Of a DNA stretch of 54,731 nucleotides, positions 20,556 to 34,544 are shown piece by piece (position 1 is the stretch's first letter; every line of letters begins with the position of its first letter). A program made the position numbers and the translations under genes. The DNA is from Vitrella brassicaformis CCMP3155 (Eukaryota; Protista; Chromerida): the NCBI GenBank assembly GCA_001179505.1, contig CDMY01000544.1, positions 1 to 54,731 on the forward strand. Reading direction: 5' to 3'. Under the pieces are notes generated by a model. That model had not been told where the DNA came from. It saw only the letters and a list, made by a program, of their open reading frames with translations, and made no database searches.

Positions 20556-23500
20556 CTATTTGATCTTCGCCTCCATCTTGGTCAATCGCTCGTCCATCGA
20601 CGCCTGTCGCTCATCCATCCTCGTCAAGACTGAGGTGCAACGCAAACACAGATATGGGTGCACGCTCAACAAAGACCATCTTCATCCATCACCTGCCAGG
20701 ATCTCTGAGGGCTGCAGCACAGCGAGTGACCGGCATGAAGCGTGCTCGCCTCTGCCGTGGTGGGTCTGTAAGCGTGTTCATGTCCGTGTGTCACCTGCCA
20801 TGATGTCGGGAGACGTTGAGTCGTGGTGGTCTGCGGCCTCAATCCACTTGTCTATGCTGTCCTTGAATGCGCCCCGTGCTTCACGCCTTTCGTCAGCCAT
20901 CCACGGACTGTCAGTTTCGGTGGCGTCAGAAGACAAATTGTCAGAAGAAAACAACGACACCGTCTGACCATTCCAGAGAAATGAGACAATGCTATTGCTT
21001 GTCTCATCTGACTTGTGCTGTGACCCTCACCTGGTCGGCGTATTGGCACAGAAGGCCGACGGGCACCAGGAGGATGAGAAGGGGTGTGCACAGTACGGCA
21101 CAGTAGTCCCCCTCCCGTATCTTTTGTGGGAGATCCTCAAGCGTTTTGAAGATGAGTACAGGTGTAAAGGCGACAGCAACAAGGAGTGCGTCGACGGTGG
21201 AGTAGACGGCCTTCATCGACCAGAAGGCAATGCGGCAGAGTGACGACTGCTCCCTCCGTTGTTCGCTGATGAGGGAGGCGAGATATCGCAGGGGCTCCGA
21301 CACGACCACAGCTGCACAAACACAGACGCCCCCCCTGTGATTGGCCGGCTGCAGTTCATGTTTTTGTCGCACTGACCGATGAGGTTGAATGGCGGCGGGA
21401 GCCTCTCGTGGTGCGGCATATTCAAATACTCATTCAACACGCGAATGCGGAGCAACCTGAACTCATTGGCAAAGGGAGAGAAGGAAATTGGTACACAGAG
21501 AATCTGTATGTCTTCCTTGTTGTCGCTGTCATTTGTCTGTGTGTGTCTCTTGGTTATCTCCTGACTGGTATTGCGAGGTCTGCGTCTCTTCGATCGCCGC
21601 ATACGTCGACGCCTAACAGACAGAGAGGGAGACAGAGATGAAGTGGGCTCCAGTTTGACACACTCTCGTGTCTGTCTTACCATGATGGCGATGAGCAAGT
21701 TGAGCTATTGAGAAATGGGGAGAGAGAAGACAGGGAATTCTTATGTGTGGCTCGTCAATCGGTACTGAGTGCATGAGTAGTGTCCACGCACGAGTATGAT
21801 GGACGAGAGGATGGTGTAGGTGAACAGCAGGACGGCCCCAGCGTGTCGTGGCTCTCTATGGCGTTGGTCAGCGCCTCACTAAAGTCGCCAAGAGCCGCGT
21901 AGAAGCTGCACAACACAACAAGACGGACAGAGGTATGTGTCCCTTTCCTCTGTGTGTTCCCATGAGGTCCCATGCGCACAGAGTGAGTATGGCTTTGGGG
22001 AAGGAGCCGAAGTACTGGTGGTCTTCGTCGGACGAGAGGAGGGTGAAGACGCCCGCGAAGACCAGCAGGATGTAGACGTACAGACACAGAAACATGCTGA
22101 TGTCCGAAAACATCCTCACAACCGCACTGACACATACACACAGCACACACAGCATGAGACACCCCTCTATGGCTGTGCAGATGCCTTCCTCACTAACAGT
22201 ATGAGTGGTCCCACGGCTGGGTGAAGGCTGGCGGTTTGGAGGAGGCGCAGCACAAAGAGCAGCGCGACGACTATGCCCGAGCTGACCTCCGCCTCCGACG
22301 ACCACCCAATGAAGTGGATGGCGATGAAGATCGCGATCGACAAGGAGGTTCCTGCGTCGAGTCGGTTCCTGCATGAATATGCCCAGACCGACAGCACACA
22401 AACAAATGGAGCCCCCAGCACACTTGGCTCTGCCATCCTGCCTTCTACCATGAGTCGGTCCAGTACGCTGTCTTCAGACGGATGCCCTGCAGACACACAT
22501 GAAGCATGATGCGTGTCGTCGCTTCTCAGCCATGTCTCCTCTCGTCTGCCTGTCTTACTTGGAAGATTTCTGAGTCATAAAGCCCGCGCCCGTCAGCACC
22601 GAACCCCACAGCCACACCAACGGCCACACCCCCGGCAGCATCACGTCGCTGTCTCCCTTGATCGATTCGATGTGCAGCAGCACAAAGGCCACCCTGACAA
22701 CACACACAGAGAAGAGATGCCATGTGTCTCTCTGCCTCCATCGTGGTGCATGTCTGCCGTCTTACATCAGCAGCATTGACAGCACTCGGGTAATAAACAC
22801 ATCACGGGGTGTAAGCTGAACAAAGTTGAACGCTTCAAGTATCACAGGTGGTAGTTGCCAATGCTTTGTGACGAGAGAGATGCAGTTGGCTGTCACGATC
22901 ATTCGCAGCAGGGAGAAGGAGGAGACATAATCGGACTGAAGACAGAAAGGGGGAAATCTCTCGTGTGGCTTACCTTGGGTGACAACAGTGAGCGGTTCCG
23001 CAGACTCGAGCAGCGCAAACCACTCTCTCTCTTTGCCTTCAAATGACTGCTCGAAGTCCCCTAGCATGGTATCGCTGCAGAACTTGGCTGTGAGAGCCTG
23101 AACCGATTGAGTGGCAATCAAATGCAGAAATGGAAGTTAGTGTGTGTAACAGTTGGGGATTGTTTACTTCCACCCAGCCTGCCGTCTTCTCAAAGTCACT
23201 GCACGCAAAGGGGGGGAAAAAGACGCAGATTCTCATTGCCTTGTTCCGATTATCTCTTGATCTCACTCTGTCAGGGAGTCTTTCTGCCGAGACTTAACCA
23301 ATCCACGGAACTTAGAGCACCAGCGGAGACCGACGACGCCCAACGAGTAAGACCGTCTCAGGCGCTCTCCAATGCCGCGTTTCACGATGGGAAACACTTT
23401 GGGAAAGATCTCTGGCTGTGACATCTTGTTAAGGCTCTCGCTACTTTTTTCGAGTCGCTCGATGACCGCACCTCCAGCCGCGGCAAACATCGCGGCGAGG

Positions 23501-24444
23501 GCCTTCGCCTGCTTTTTATCGAGATTGTTGATGGCAAGATCGAGAGCCGTCCTTCCAGTCTGTAGGAATCACGACCAAGGACAGTTCCAGCACATGTGTG
23601 CGACTCGATAGGCGTAGTGTAGCCTACTTTGCCTTTGATCTTCCACAGCTGTGGGTTCGCCGTCAACATCACCTCCACCACATCGTCACGCACCTCAAAC
23701 AACATCTCCATGCCCGAACACTTGTCTGAGAAGCACACAGAAGCTACGTGCTGCACCATGTGTCTGTGATGCCAAGGGCGTAATGGATGGCAGACCCCAT
23801 CCCGCCCCACTCTCCAGTTGTCAGCACTTTCTCGACTTGATGAGGCGACAGACGAGCAAGGATCCTCCCCAGGGACTCCCCATCCCATACATCGATAGCC
23901 TCTTTGATGCTGTCTCTCAGTGCGAGAGTGGGCTCCCAATTGTCGGCGGCCGGGGCACCCACCAACGGGACCTGCAGACGACACACAGACGTCCGAGAGG
24001 CCTCAGACTCGACTGACACCAACACACCTGCTCGAAGCGTCTCGGTGCCTTGGTGATGTCATCGGTGACGTCAGGCAGCTGGGGCTCCATCAGCCCTTGG
24101 CCACCGTCCTGCAGCAGAGGAATGTGCTCACTCGAGGCCCACACTCGAGGCCCACACTCGAGGCCCACGCCATCTGCAGTGGACAGACAGACGCACACAG
24201 ACACCAGGCGTCAGAGGCAGCCGCTGGTCACTGTGCAGCAAGGGCATTGCAGGGTGACCTTGGGATGGTCTGTCTGTATGTGGTGGATGGCCTGCTGTCC
24301 GGCAGCGTCGCCCTCGTCGACTCTCGGCAGCTGAATGTAGCACGCCTCATCCACACCACCGGGGCGTCTGTGGCCGTCTCTCACACTGTCGCCGTCCTGG
24401 TCCTCCACACGGGGGCTGCGCTGCGTGTGCAACAAACCCCACAT
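20556..24444 (-). pseudogene. Ankyrin-repeat TRP-like cation channel, copy A (N-terminal frameshift, fewer ankyrins)
   Basis: It has an ankyrin (TGRTALDLAI), TM helices, pore GSFPKAILTL..FYAALGDF, S6 LNLLIAIM, LPPPFNLI and a C-terminal coiled coil. A 13-bp unit present x3 at 24130-24168 shifts the frame. It could still be translated from the downstream MEPQLP. Confidence 0.75.
24130..24168 (+). repeat. 13-bp triplication ACTCGAGGCCCAC in TRP copy A exon 2
   Basis: Single copy in paralogs B and C. Confidence 0.95.
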
Positions 24445-25408
24445 CTTCGCCTTGAGCGCGAGACGCTCACTGCCAGTGGCAGCCCAGCCCCCTGATGGCC
24501 CCCAACCACAGCCTCTTGGCCTTTGGGAGTCGCAGTTGAGCGACATCTACCGATGACACGAATGCATCACCTTCGTGCGCGTGTCGTGTGTGCATGCTGG
24601 GAGCCGCTCCGAGCCGTCAGATCTCACACCGCATTGCACTGATCAGAGGCGTACAAAAGGCAAGGCACCTACGCATGCAGCACGGTGGACAGACTAATGA
24701 CGGGGGGTCGTGGAACATAGCGTGGCCGCCTGCACAAATGTGCCCTTGACTGCGTGAATGCGTGAGGGTGGGTATCCCCCTGTCGGTGTGTGCCGTTCAT
24801 CTGTACGTCGGTCGTGTGTGTGTTCCTCGCTGTATACATGCATATGGCTGGCCGAAGAGCTATGTGTTGTGTGGCCAGCCGGTGAGACAGACAGATGTGG
24901 TGTGGCCAGTGCACTGCATCCATCCACGGCACGCAGACACACGTGTATTTGTAGAGGGAGAGGGAGGGATGCCCTGCCGTCTTCGTTCTGATACACGTAC
25001 GTGACGCGCAGAAGGGAAAAACTGGCATGTGTGGGTGCTATTATTCGACGACCGTTTTTCCCTTCTGCATGCGGTCCGACTTAAGCTTCATCTGTATGTG
25101 TCTACATACTTCTGTATTGTCCACTTATCCATCGCTCTCACGAACATCCATGTGTGTACTGTGCTCTCTCTCTCTCTCTCGCGTTAATTGAATCTGCCTG
25201 CAAGAGACATACACCGTTTGTGACATCAGAACCAAAGCAATTTCTCACGGAGTCAGCCAAGACGTATCAAAACACAAAAACAAAGTGCAGCAGAGCCCAA
25301 TTTCTAGGCTACGACGAGGTTGGCGGATCAGCTTTCTTGGGGCCGTCGTCACTGTATGACAAGCAGTACGAAGGCACTAATCTGCACCAACACACACATA
25401 CCACACCG

Positions 25409-26034
25409 CTACAAAGCAGCACTGCCAGAGCTTCTCCCGCAGCAGCCGGACCTACCCTGCTCCAGTGTCGTCCGCAGCCTGCGAAACCTCATCACTTGCG
25501 GCCTCCCGGCAAATGTTGGGGGCGCTGCAAACATCCGAACAGCCGCAGACAGGAGGAGCATCAAGGCGCCGTGACAAGACCAGCTTGAAACATGACTGAG
25601 GGCCGCAAGTGTTGTCTCACCTGTCGGATGCCTGTTTGCCGTTTGTTGGCAGCAAGGGGGCGAGGGGGGGCCCGGAGCTCGCTGATGGGCTGTCGTCGGC
25701 CGGGGGGAAGGCACTGCAAACACCAAACCACCTGTCAAAAGAAGAGCACTGCGTGTGTTTTCTCTCTGTGTCAGCTACTGCTGAAGGTAATGGTGAGGGA
25801 AACAAGCGCTGTAGCCAGTTACACACAGCCGCCATGAAAATCACACACAAATTTTTTGCGATACTGTGTCTTTGCCAACTCACTTGTTGAATCGCGGCTG
25901 GAATGAGGAGACAAGGTGACGCTCAACGGCCGATGGGACCGAGAGCTCGGGCGCGGGGAAGGTGGGTGGCTGCGGGATGGGCGCCGGCCATGACAGCGAT
26001 GTCTCTTGAAATGAAGCACCACACTGTCCAATGA

Positions 26035-26094
<60 letters not shown>

Positions 26095-26471
26095 GGGGGG
26101 AGATGGAGGAGAGATGAGCGGTTTCCACATGCGGTTGGGCGTATGTCTCTTGTGTCTCTTTGACTGACCTCGAGGAATGCCATCTGCGACCAGAGTGCCA
26201 TGGCGGCGTCTGTCATGCCAGAGTTCGTCAAGGCAGTGTGAAGCGTCCGCTGGGCCTCCGGTGAGAGCATGGGGGCCACTGTGGTGAGAAAGCCAGCCAG
26301 GTCGTCTTCGGCAATGCCGTTGGCGCACCCTGCCTGCGCCGAGAGACGTCCAGGCCTCCCGATCATCTCCTGGGCCGAATCGGCGATGTGTTGGGATTCG
26401 TGTGGTTCGAGGATCGACCGTGCTCTGCAGTACGCTGCCAAAGCTGCGACAAGAGAGGATCGATGATCCAC
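25409..26471 (-). CDS. Hypothetical protein, 4 exons
   Basis: In-frame GT-AG joins give MDHRSS..AFLE|CGASF..FNK|WFGV..SDS|WSCH..AAL*. No family recognised. Confidence 0.5.
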
Positions 26472-26760
26472 ACGAGAGGCCTCCTAGTCAAGTTTCTCTC
26501 TCTGTCTGAATGACCGACTGACCTGCGAAAGGACGAAATGTCATGCCATCGAGGGAACAGAGCAACCTGAAGCGGTCGTAGTCACCCAATGACCTGAGAC
26601 AGCACAACACAGGCGTTGAAAGCCGTTTCCACCACCCCCCAACGAACCCTTTTAATTTTCCCATACTTGGTGAACTCGGTCACTTGGGTCCATTTCGCTT
26701 CTAGGATGCACTGCCGTAGGTATCGCACAGCCATGGTCTAAAATGGGTATGCGTAGACCG

Positions 26761-28285
26761 TCACGGTCGCCTTGACGGAGCTGAGCAGCACCTCCCCCAC
26801 TCCCTCGTCCGTCGACAGATTGGGGGAATACCAAACGATCTCCCTTTGCGGCTCCAAAGTGGTTCCGGCGCCGACGCCAAGAGGTGCATCGCATATCCCT
26901 TCCTGCCGCTGGCCGACTTGAACGACGAGATCACCACATCCTGTCCTTCCCTTTCGACACTCATGACTGCATGCACTCGGTAGCATGCGCACGCTGCCGG
27001 GCGAGAGGCTTCCACCGTGCCGCTCGCCCTCAGATTGAAATTAATCGCCTCATTCAGCGGTCGCTCCTGGTTGTCGGCAGGGTTGAGATAGGGGTAGGTG
27101 GAAAAGGAAAAGTTGGCTTCCAGTGTGGCCGTGATGGGGGGCAGGAGAAGCCGGCCGCATGTGCAGAGCGGGTCCGTGCACGTGCACCTTAGGATGAAGG
27201 GGTTGCAAAGGGGGCTGCAGTTGTCCTGGGTGGCGAAGGGGCGGATAAGGTACTCTTTGGAAGCCAAGGTGCGCTCTTCGTCTGCGAACACATCGCCTGA
27301 ATGAGTGGATAAGCACCAATCGCACATGCAAGCAACCAACCAATCGACATGGATTGTCTGTCTGTCTTCTTTCACCTCCACAAATACCGATGGCGTCGCT
27401 GAGTGTTGGTGCGTTTGTAGATACGATCAGGAAGTTCGCCAGCTTGTCAGGGGACGCTTGCAGGTAGCCGCAGGCCATGTGGAGACACAGGTAGCTCACC
27501 AGCTTGACCACTGCACGACGAGCCCAAGGGTCCTCGGTATACCACCACGGCTGCAGCAGCTCGGGGCGCTGGAGCAGAACACGCGACACGGTCACAGACC
27601 ATTCGTCGCGATGAACCGCGCCACTGCACCATGGCCGATCGACTGGATGAGTTCCGTAGCAAACTTAGGGTCAGCAGTCCACTCGCGACGCACCATCTGC
27701 AGCACCACACGCGCAGCCACCAGCCATCCATTTCTCTGTCTCTTCCGCCCTCCCACCCCGCCCACGTCTGTCTGCCCTGTCCTCTCACCTTCCTCTCTAG
27801 GTTGCGGAGCATCATTGGGGCGCAGCCGCTGTGGAAGTAGTCGAGAGCCTTCAGTGCGTTCAGGAAATTGTGGATGGCGAGTGCGTTAAGCATGGCGGAC
27901 TCATTTTGCAGCACCACTCGTGCCGTCGTCACGTCCACCTCCCTAATCACAATGCGATGAGACTGGCCCTCGCCAAACCCGCCTGCCTCCTGCAGCGCCT
28001 GCACAGCAAACAAACACCATGGAACGGACACACGAAGCCGCAGAGCTCGTGTGCCCAAATTAGGAGCGCCCCTCTGCCTGTCTGGTTGTCTCTCTGTCTG
28101 TCCGAGTGCGGTGTGTTGATTCATGCATTGGTTACTGGAACGAAGTGCGGGAAGGTCATCAGGACGTCACGCTTGACGTGTAGCTTGTGGTCATCGCCCA
28201 CAGTCGACTCGGACTCATCTTCCCAGTCGTTGACGAACACCAGCTCGACAGAGGGGCTGAGCAGCGACCCGGACGCGGCCATCAT
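26761..28285 (-). pseudogene. BTB/POZ-domain protein with apparent 1-nt frameshift
   Basis: KLHVKRDVLMTFPHF..GGFGEGQSHRIVIREVD..LNALKALDYF is BTB-like. Exon 3 stops at TGA 27592-27594 while the coding-like frame (TVSRVLLQRPELL..) continues shifted. Confidence 0.55.
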
Positions 28286-28639
28286 GAACGATGGTCAGTC
28301 GGGATGGAGGTGCCCGCTTCAACTTCCCTGAAGTTGCAGGGCTTTCCGTCTCCCAAATGCCGCCCCCAACTACCCCCAACGCGAGCTCAAAATAAGCTCA
28401 AGTATTGAATCGGTTCTCTCCAATGTTTGGGGCTGATTGCGATGTCTCATCGGTATGCGTATACACCGTAATCGTATACAGCCACACTTTCATTGACCTG
28501 GATGCTGCAGTCAGACAGCCATCTCTCCATCCACACACGTATCAACAATGGGACACATCGTGTACAGTCGGCCAACCGGCCAACACAACTCCCACCCAAG
28601 GAAAAAGAACTCCGCCCGATAAGATGAGAGACAAGCCAA

Positions 28640-30924
28640 TCAGCTACTGCCCGTTGACTGTGCTGCCTTCAGCACCAGTGTCGACCCCTCCCACCCCACC
28701 TTGAAGCGTCCAATCACATCGTTAGGGCACCGGTCGGTCACCAGCTGCCGCAGCTCGGCGCGCAGCTCGTCATTGAAGCCCAGAAAACAGACCAACCGCA
28801 GCTCCAGTTTCTCCAGCCCACGCACCCTCAGCAACGACGCCACACTCGCGAACGCCCCCTCGGCCGCATCATTGATGTCATCCAGGTTTGTCGTGATGGT
28901 CGCTGCATCATGCCGTGCACACACACAGACAAAGATGTCCGTGTCTGCATGTTCGTCGTCCACCCGTGCCGCCCTCCCTCATTCACTCACCAATAAGGTT
29001 CACCGCCAGCTTCTTGATCGTTGGCAGCTCACTAGCCACGTCGCCCAACGTCAGCCCATCCCGGCCCACATGCTCGACATCACAGCTGAACGTCTGCAGC
29101 CGCCGGCCACTGCCGATGGTCTGCAACAGCTGCCGCACCGTCCCCTCACGCACGGCCGACCCCACGAGCACATCGGCCAGTGCTGGCATGTGGCTGGCCA
29201 TCATCCCCGCCACCTCACACGCAATGGCCCCGCCCACGCGCAATGTGGTCGCCTTGGGCATCGCCGCGCTTTTGAGGTGCAACAGCACGGCTGGCCGGGG
29301 CGGGTCTTGATGTCCCTCGGGAAGCGTCAGGCCGTGTGCCTCGCCGACGATCACCCGCTGGGCCTTGCTGAATGTGAGAGCCGATGCGACCTCTCGAGCC
29401 GTCTCGCTGACGTAGCCGATGCTCGAGTCAATCACATTCTGCTGTGTGCACAGCCACCTGACCTCATGTGCGTTGGAGGCCATCTGCTTGAGCGATTCCT
29501 TGACGAAAACCGACGAGTAGATGGGCAGCTCGTCCAGCAGGGACACATCGAAACGCGACACACGCAGGTTGCTGATGGTCACGGCCTGCAGGATGTCCCG
29601 TGTGGCACCGACGGCCGCCACGAGAGACTCGACGGCCTCCATGATGGGGATGATCGATGCGTCGATGGTGTTGCTGTTGCTGGAGAGCCCGTGTCGATCC
29701 AGTGCCAGAGTCACCGATTCCAGCGAGCGGCACCCTCTCGCCACCAGAACGTTCTGCACACAAACGCATCCACCGATGCACATCGTCTTCTTCCCGTCTC
29801 TTTGCCTGCTCACCCGCAGCCGATTGATGCCATGTCTGTCGGCAAATCCCACCAGTCTCAGCACACCGATGGTCTGCAGACTCCGCAGCCGGCCCTCCTT
29901 CCCCTTGCCCTCCTCAACCCGCTCCAGCACGTCGGCCTTGTCGCTGGCAGTTGAGTTGACCTGCAGGTGCCGCAGCTTCTCAGACGTCCGCACGAACGCG
30001 CCGAGAGTGCTCTCATCACACCGAAAGCGGTAGTCGGCCTCCACCTCTTGAAGTGCAGGCATACTGAGTCGGTGGCCGAGAAGTCGGTACTCGTCGCGCA
30101 GGCCCTCTACTGACGATAGGGCGGCGAGCTGGGCGGGGGAGGGAGGGGCGGGGGGAAGAATGGGGTGTCTCTGCTCAAGCGCCCATCTGTCTGCGCACGT
30201 CAGGTCGTCATCGATGGCTCTCTCGAACCGGATGGAACGCAATGAGCCCTTGTCGGGATGCACGACGAAGGGTCCGCCTTCATCCAGCATCATCTGCCGC
30301 CTCCCATGCGCGTGCCCCTCGATGATAGAAATGAGCGTCCCGATGCACCACCTTGGCCCAAACTCACACCAGGGGTAGCGATGGACAATCTCCTTCAGCT
30401 GGTGGAACAGACGGCCCCATTGCGAGGCTGAGTTGAGCGTCATCGCTTCCCAGAAGGCGCATGTGTGCCGTGAAGCGCTGATCATGATGTTGGTGTAGCG
30501 CGCTGCAGCGCCCCGGATGACGGGGTGAGAGAACAGGGCTGCCAGCTTCCACAACGGAAGGAACGCGGTAATCAGACAGAGGACGTCATTCGGCTGATCG
30601 ATTCAACACAAGACACACACACACATGATCAGGTGACCCTCCTATGGCCCGTGTGGTGGTGTGCGATTACCAAATCAATGCTTTCTGGTTTACCATCCCT
30701 GTCGGGCACCGAAACAACCGAGTGGAAGGAGTGGTACAGCTCACTGTCGGCACCGGTGCTCTCGGCATCAACCTGACAGGCAAGCAAACATGACGTGGCA
30801 CACCTGGATGCCCCAGAACCCCAGGTGTGAACCATTCACGCCTGACCTGGTCTTGGTGAATCTCGAAGAACTTTTCACCAGATGAAACCTCACGAGGTGT
30901 CTGCATCTCTTCGTCACCGTCCAT
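28640..30924 (-). CDS. F-box protein of a lineage-expanded family
   Basis: A spliced IDL|PNDVLCLITAFLPLWKL F-box motif precedes a long degenerate LRR-like body. The last exon ends ..QSTGSS at 28640. Confidence 0.75.
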
Positions 30925-31429
30925 TTGCTTGACCTTTTCTCCCGCCGCTGTGGTGCGAGCTAACTTGAAGAAGCAATCGCGAAGAGGTTGAGGGCGAGAA
31001 GCGAAGGAATGTAGAACCACAGCGCTTGCTTTGCGCGCATCGATGAGTTCGCGAGATCCCGGAGAGCCGAGGATGAGTTCATCGCTGCGGCTTCGCTACG
31101 GCGCATCTGCCTCCACACAGGCCACCAATGAGAGCAGCGAGAGCCTCCACGCGCCCTCAGCTCTCGCACACGTGCATTCCCTTCCCAATCGCCTCAAACA
31201 GCAGGCCGTCACAGCCGCTCAGTGGCTGGGGCGGTTTCTGTTGTGCTGCTATGAGTGGAGTGTGCGTTCGGTGTCGCTGGAGGAGTTGCTGACTCGCAGC
31301 GTGGTGCTGGCTGACACAGTGGTGCCGTATGTGGGTGTGGTGGCTGTGTGGACATTGATGCGCATCGTCTGGGAGGGAGGAATTCCATCAGCCTCATATT
31401 GGTGAGTAAGTGAATGACGAGAGGGAGGA

Positions 31430-34400
31430 ATGGGAAGGCCTGCAAGAGAAGCATCGCTGCTCGCTTCGTGTGGTGGTGTGTTTGTCAATGGTAATAGGTT
31501 GACGCGGATAGTGTATCTGCGGAGTTTGGCGTTCATCTATGCGGTGGCCTTCCTGGTGGCCCTGCGGCAGAACAAACAGCTCATCGGCGACAGAGGGCTG
31601 CTGCCCGCCAGGTAGATAGATCGATGTTCACGCATCCATCCATCCATCCATCCATCCATCGATGCGCAGGTTCCACCTGGACAAGCTGATTCGCATCTAC
31701 GGTGGTGACACGTGGCGGGCCTTCATGGACCACCCCACCCTCTTCCTCTTCGTGCGCGACAAGACACACATCAACAGGTGGGCGGGAGGGTGGGCACGGC
31801 ATACCCCATCCCTCTGTGAGTGTGTCTGAACACACACATCGATTCACGTGTGTGTGTGGTTGTGTGGCTGTGTGCAGGTGGCTGGACGGCACGGCCTTTA
31901 TGGGGTTGTGTCTGTCGTGTGTGGTGCTGTGGTACGGCGGGGCCAACCTGTGTGTGCTGTTCGCCATGTGGCTGATGTATCACGCCATCGTGGGCGTCGG
32001 CCAGAGGTGGTACCAGTTCGGATGGGAGTCTCAACTCCTCGAATGCGGGTTCCTGGCGGTGAGAGAGAAAACGGGCAATAAGACCAAAGATACATGCTTA
32101 TGGTGTGTGTGTGTGTCTCTGTGTGTGGTCAGTTCTTCTTTGTGCCGGTGTTTTCCCTCGGGTTCGATCCGCTGCCCAAATACACACCGCCCGCATGGAC
32201 GGCCGTGTGGGGATACAGGTGACACTCCACATGCCACACATCGCACACGGGTTGAGCAATCGATGCCCACGTTTGTGCGTGTTTCCAGGTGGCTGATGTT
32301 CCGCATCATGTTGGGCGCGGGGCTGATCAAGATCCGCGGCGACAAGTGCTGGGTGAAGCTGACGACCATGTGCTACCACTACCAGACACAGCCGGTGCCC
32401 AACCCGTTCTCCTACTTCATGCACCACTCCCCGCTATGGTTCCACAAATTCGAAACAATCGTCAACCACGTGGTGAGCACACACCTACCACCCGAACACA
32501 GCGGGATGGCTCACGTCTTGATTTTGTGTGTGTGTGTGTGTGTGAGTGATAGGTGGAGCTGTTGGCTCCATTCCTGCTGATGATTCCGGTGCAGCTGCCA
32601 CGCACACTCGGGGCCATTGTGCAGATCGTCTTCCAGGTCGGCAAACATACACGCCCAGTGAAAGTGAAAGAGTGAACGCTGAAGAAGGTTTCTGCCTCTC
32701 TGTGTTTGGGTGTAGGCGACTCTGATTCTGTCGGGCAATCTGAGCTTCCTCAATTGGTGCGTGGACGGACGAAGAAACATGGCATTGACCGACGTAGTGA
32801 TGGTTGACTGTTGTGCGAATGGCAGGTTGACGATCATCCCTTCAATCTGGGGCTTCGACGACGTCACTTCCGCCTGCCTGTTCGGCCGACACACACGGCA
32901 GAGGCACATACCTGACACACGACGCCTGACACATGACAAACATACCTGCGTCACCACCTCTCTCCTTGTCAACAAACAGGGCACTTGAGCTGGCGTCCTT
33001 CCACCACACCCGCGACCTCTCGGTGCTGGCCCTCTTCTTCTCCTCACGGGCGGCCTCCCGTCCGTCGGTGTCGGTGCTTGACGTGCTGATGGTGGTGGTG
33101 CGGTGGGGCAAGGAGCTGGCGGGGCTGTGTCTGTTCGGCTACCTCAGTGTGCCAGTCGTCAGAAACCTGCAGGCGGTGAGTGAGTGCATGGCGGGGGGCG
33201 GGGGAGGGATGCATGTGTTGTGGGCGTGTGGTGCAGAAGCGTCAGATCATGAACACGTCCTTCACGTCGTTGCGTCTTGTCAACACCTACGGCGCATTCG
33301 GATCGATCACCAAGAAGAGATACGAAGTAAGTGAGTGGGTGGGTGCGCTGGAGCATCTGCACACAACCCACACACACACATCGATCGTACACGTTTTGTG
33401 CCTGATGCGTGTAGGTGGTGGTTCAGGGGAGTCGCCTCGACCGCCCGAGCGATGACGAGGAGGACTGGATAGACTACGAGTTCAAAGGTACGTGATCACG
33501 CCGCCACACACACACACACGCCCCTCTCGGCCCGTCATAGCCCTGCTTGCCTGTGTGTTATGCATGTGTTTCTGCGCATTCCTTGTCTGCTTCCGCCGAC
33601 GAATCATCGCAGTGAAGCCTGGTAGGCTGGATGCTGGGCGTCTTGCTAATGACCTCCCGGATTCATCTGTGTGTCCATTCATCAGGCGATGTGTACCGCA
33701 CCCCTCCCTGGATCTCGCCATATCACTACCGACTCGACTGGCTCATGTGGTAGGCAGTCAAACAAACGGATAGACAGTTTAGACATCAGACGGATGGATG
33801 GATGGATGGATGGATGCGTGTGTGTGTCTGATCTGTGGGCAGGTTCGCTGGCTTCGGGCAGCCTGAGCGTCACCCCTGGCTCATCCACCTCATCGCAAGA
33901 CTGTACGCCAACACTAAAGACGTTGACTTATGGAGGTACACGGAGTCGCCCATGTGTGTGGTGTGTGGTGTGATGCATGTGATGCAGTCTGGTCAACGAC
34001 GCTGAGATCAGCACGCTGCTCCGACACAACCCATTCCTCAACGGAGCACCGCCCAAATGGTGCGCTTGATACACATCACACACACACAGCATCCATCCAT
34101 GTGTGTATTGTCTTCTCTCTTGACCTTCTCCATCCTCTCAGGGTGCGTGCCGAATTGTATCACTACCAGTACGCGAGTCCGGACTCCGTGGCCGCCCACA
34201 ACGGGCAGTGGTGGGTGCGCAGCCGCCTGGCCCAGTACACCTACATCCCCGCCGTGTCGCTCCACAGCCAGTGGATCCAGCAGGTCATGCGGGAACGGGG
34301 CTGGGACGAGTGCTCGCCCGTCTGGCAGAGTGTCACCGTCCCTTCTCATCACCACACCCACCACGGCCATCACGGCAGCGGAATGGGCGGCATGGGCAGG

Positions 34401-34544
34401 ATGATCGCAGGCGACGATGAGGATGAGGACGAGGAAGAGGAGAGCGAGGAGATGAGCGAGGAGCTGTCGGAGGAATATGACGACCATGAGCACACGACAG
34501 CTGGGGGGAGGGTGCTACTGCAGCAGGGCATGCCGCCCGGCTGA
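31430..34544 (+). CDS. LMF: Lipase maturation factor family ER membrane protein
   Basis: Motifs are LRSLAFIYAVAF..QLIGDRGLLP, QFGWESQLLECGFL, RWLMFRIMLGAGLIK, YHYQTQPVPNP, LILSGNLSFLNW, VNTYGAFGSITKKRYE, EYEFK and ELYHYQY. Confidence 0.95.

Noticed and set aside
25923-26471. Possible transposase fragment
   Set aside because: No DDE, hAT or zinc-finger motif is recognisable. It splices as an ordinary hypothetical gene.
28701-29954. 417-aa + strand ORF
   Set aside because: Antisense shadow of the GC-rich F-box gene. The splice signals and F-box motif are on the minus strand.
32160-32180. GGTTCGATCC T-loop-like motif suggesting a tRNA
   Set aside because: It lies in an LMF exon, with no cloverleaf or A-box.
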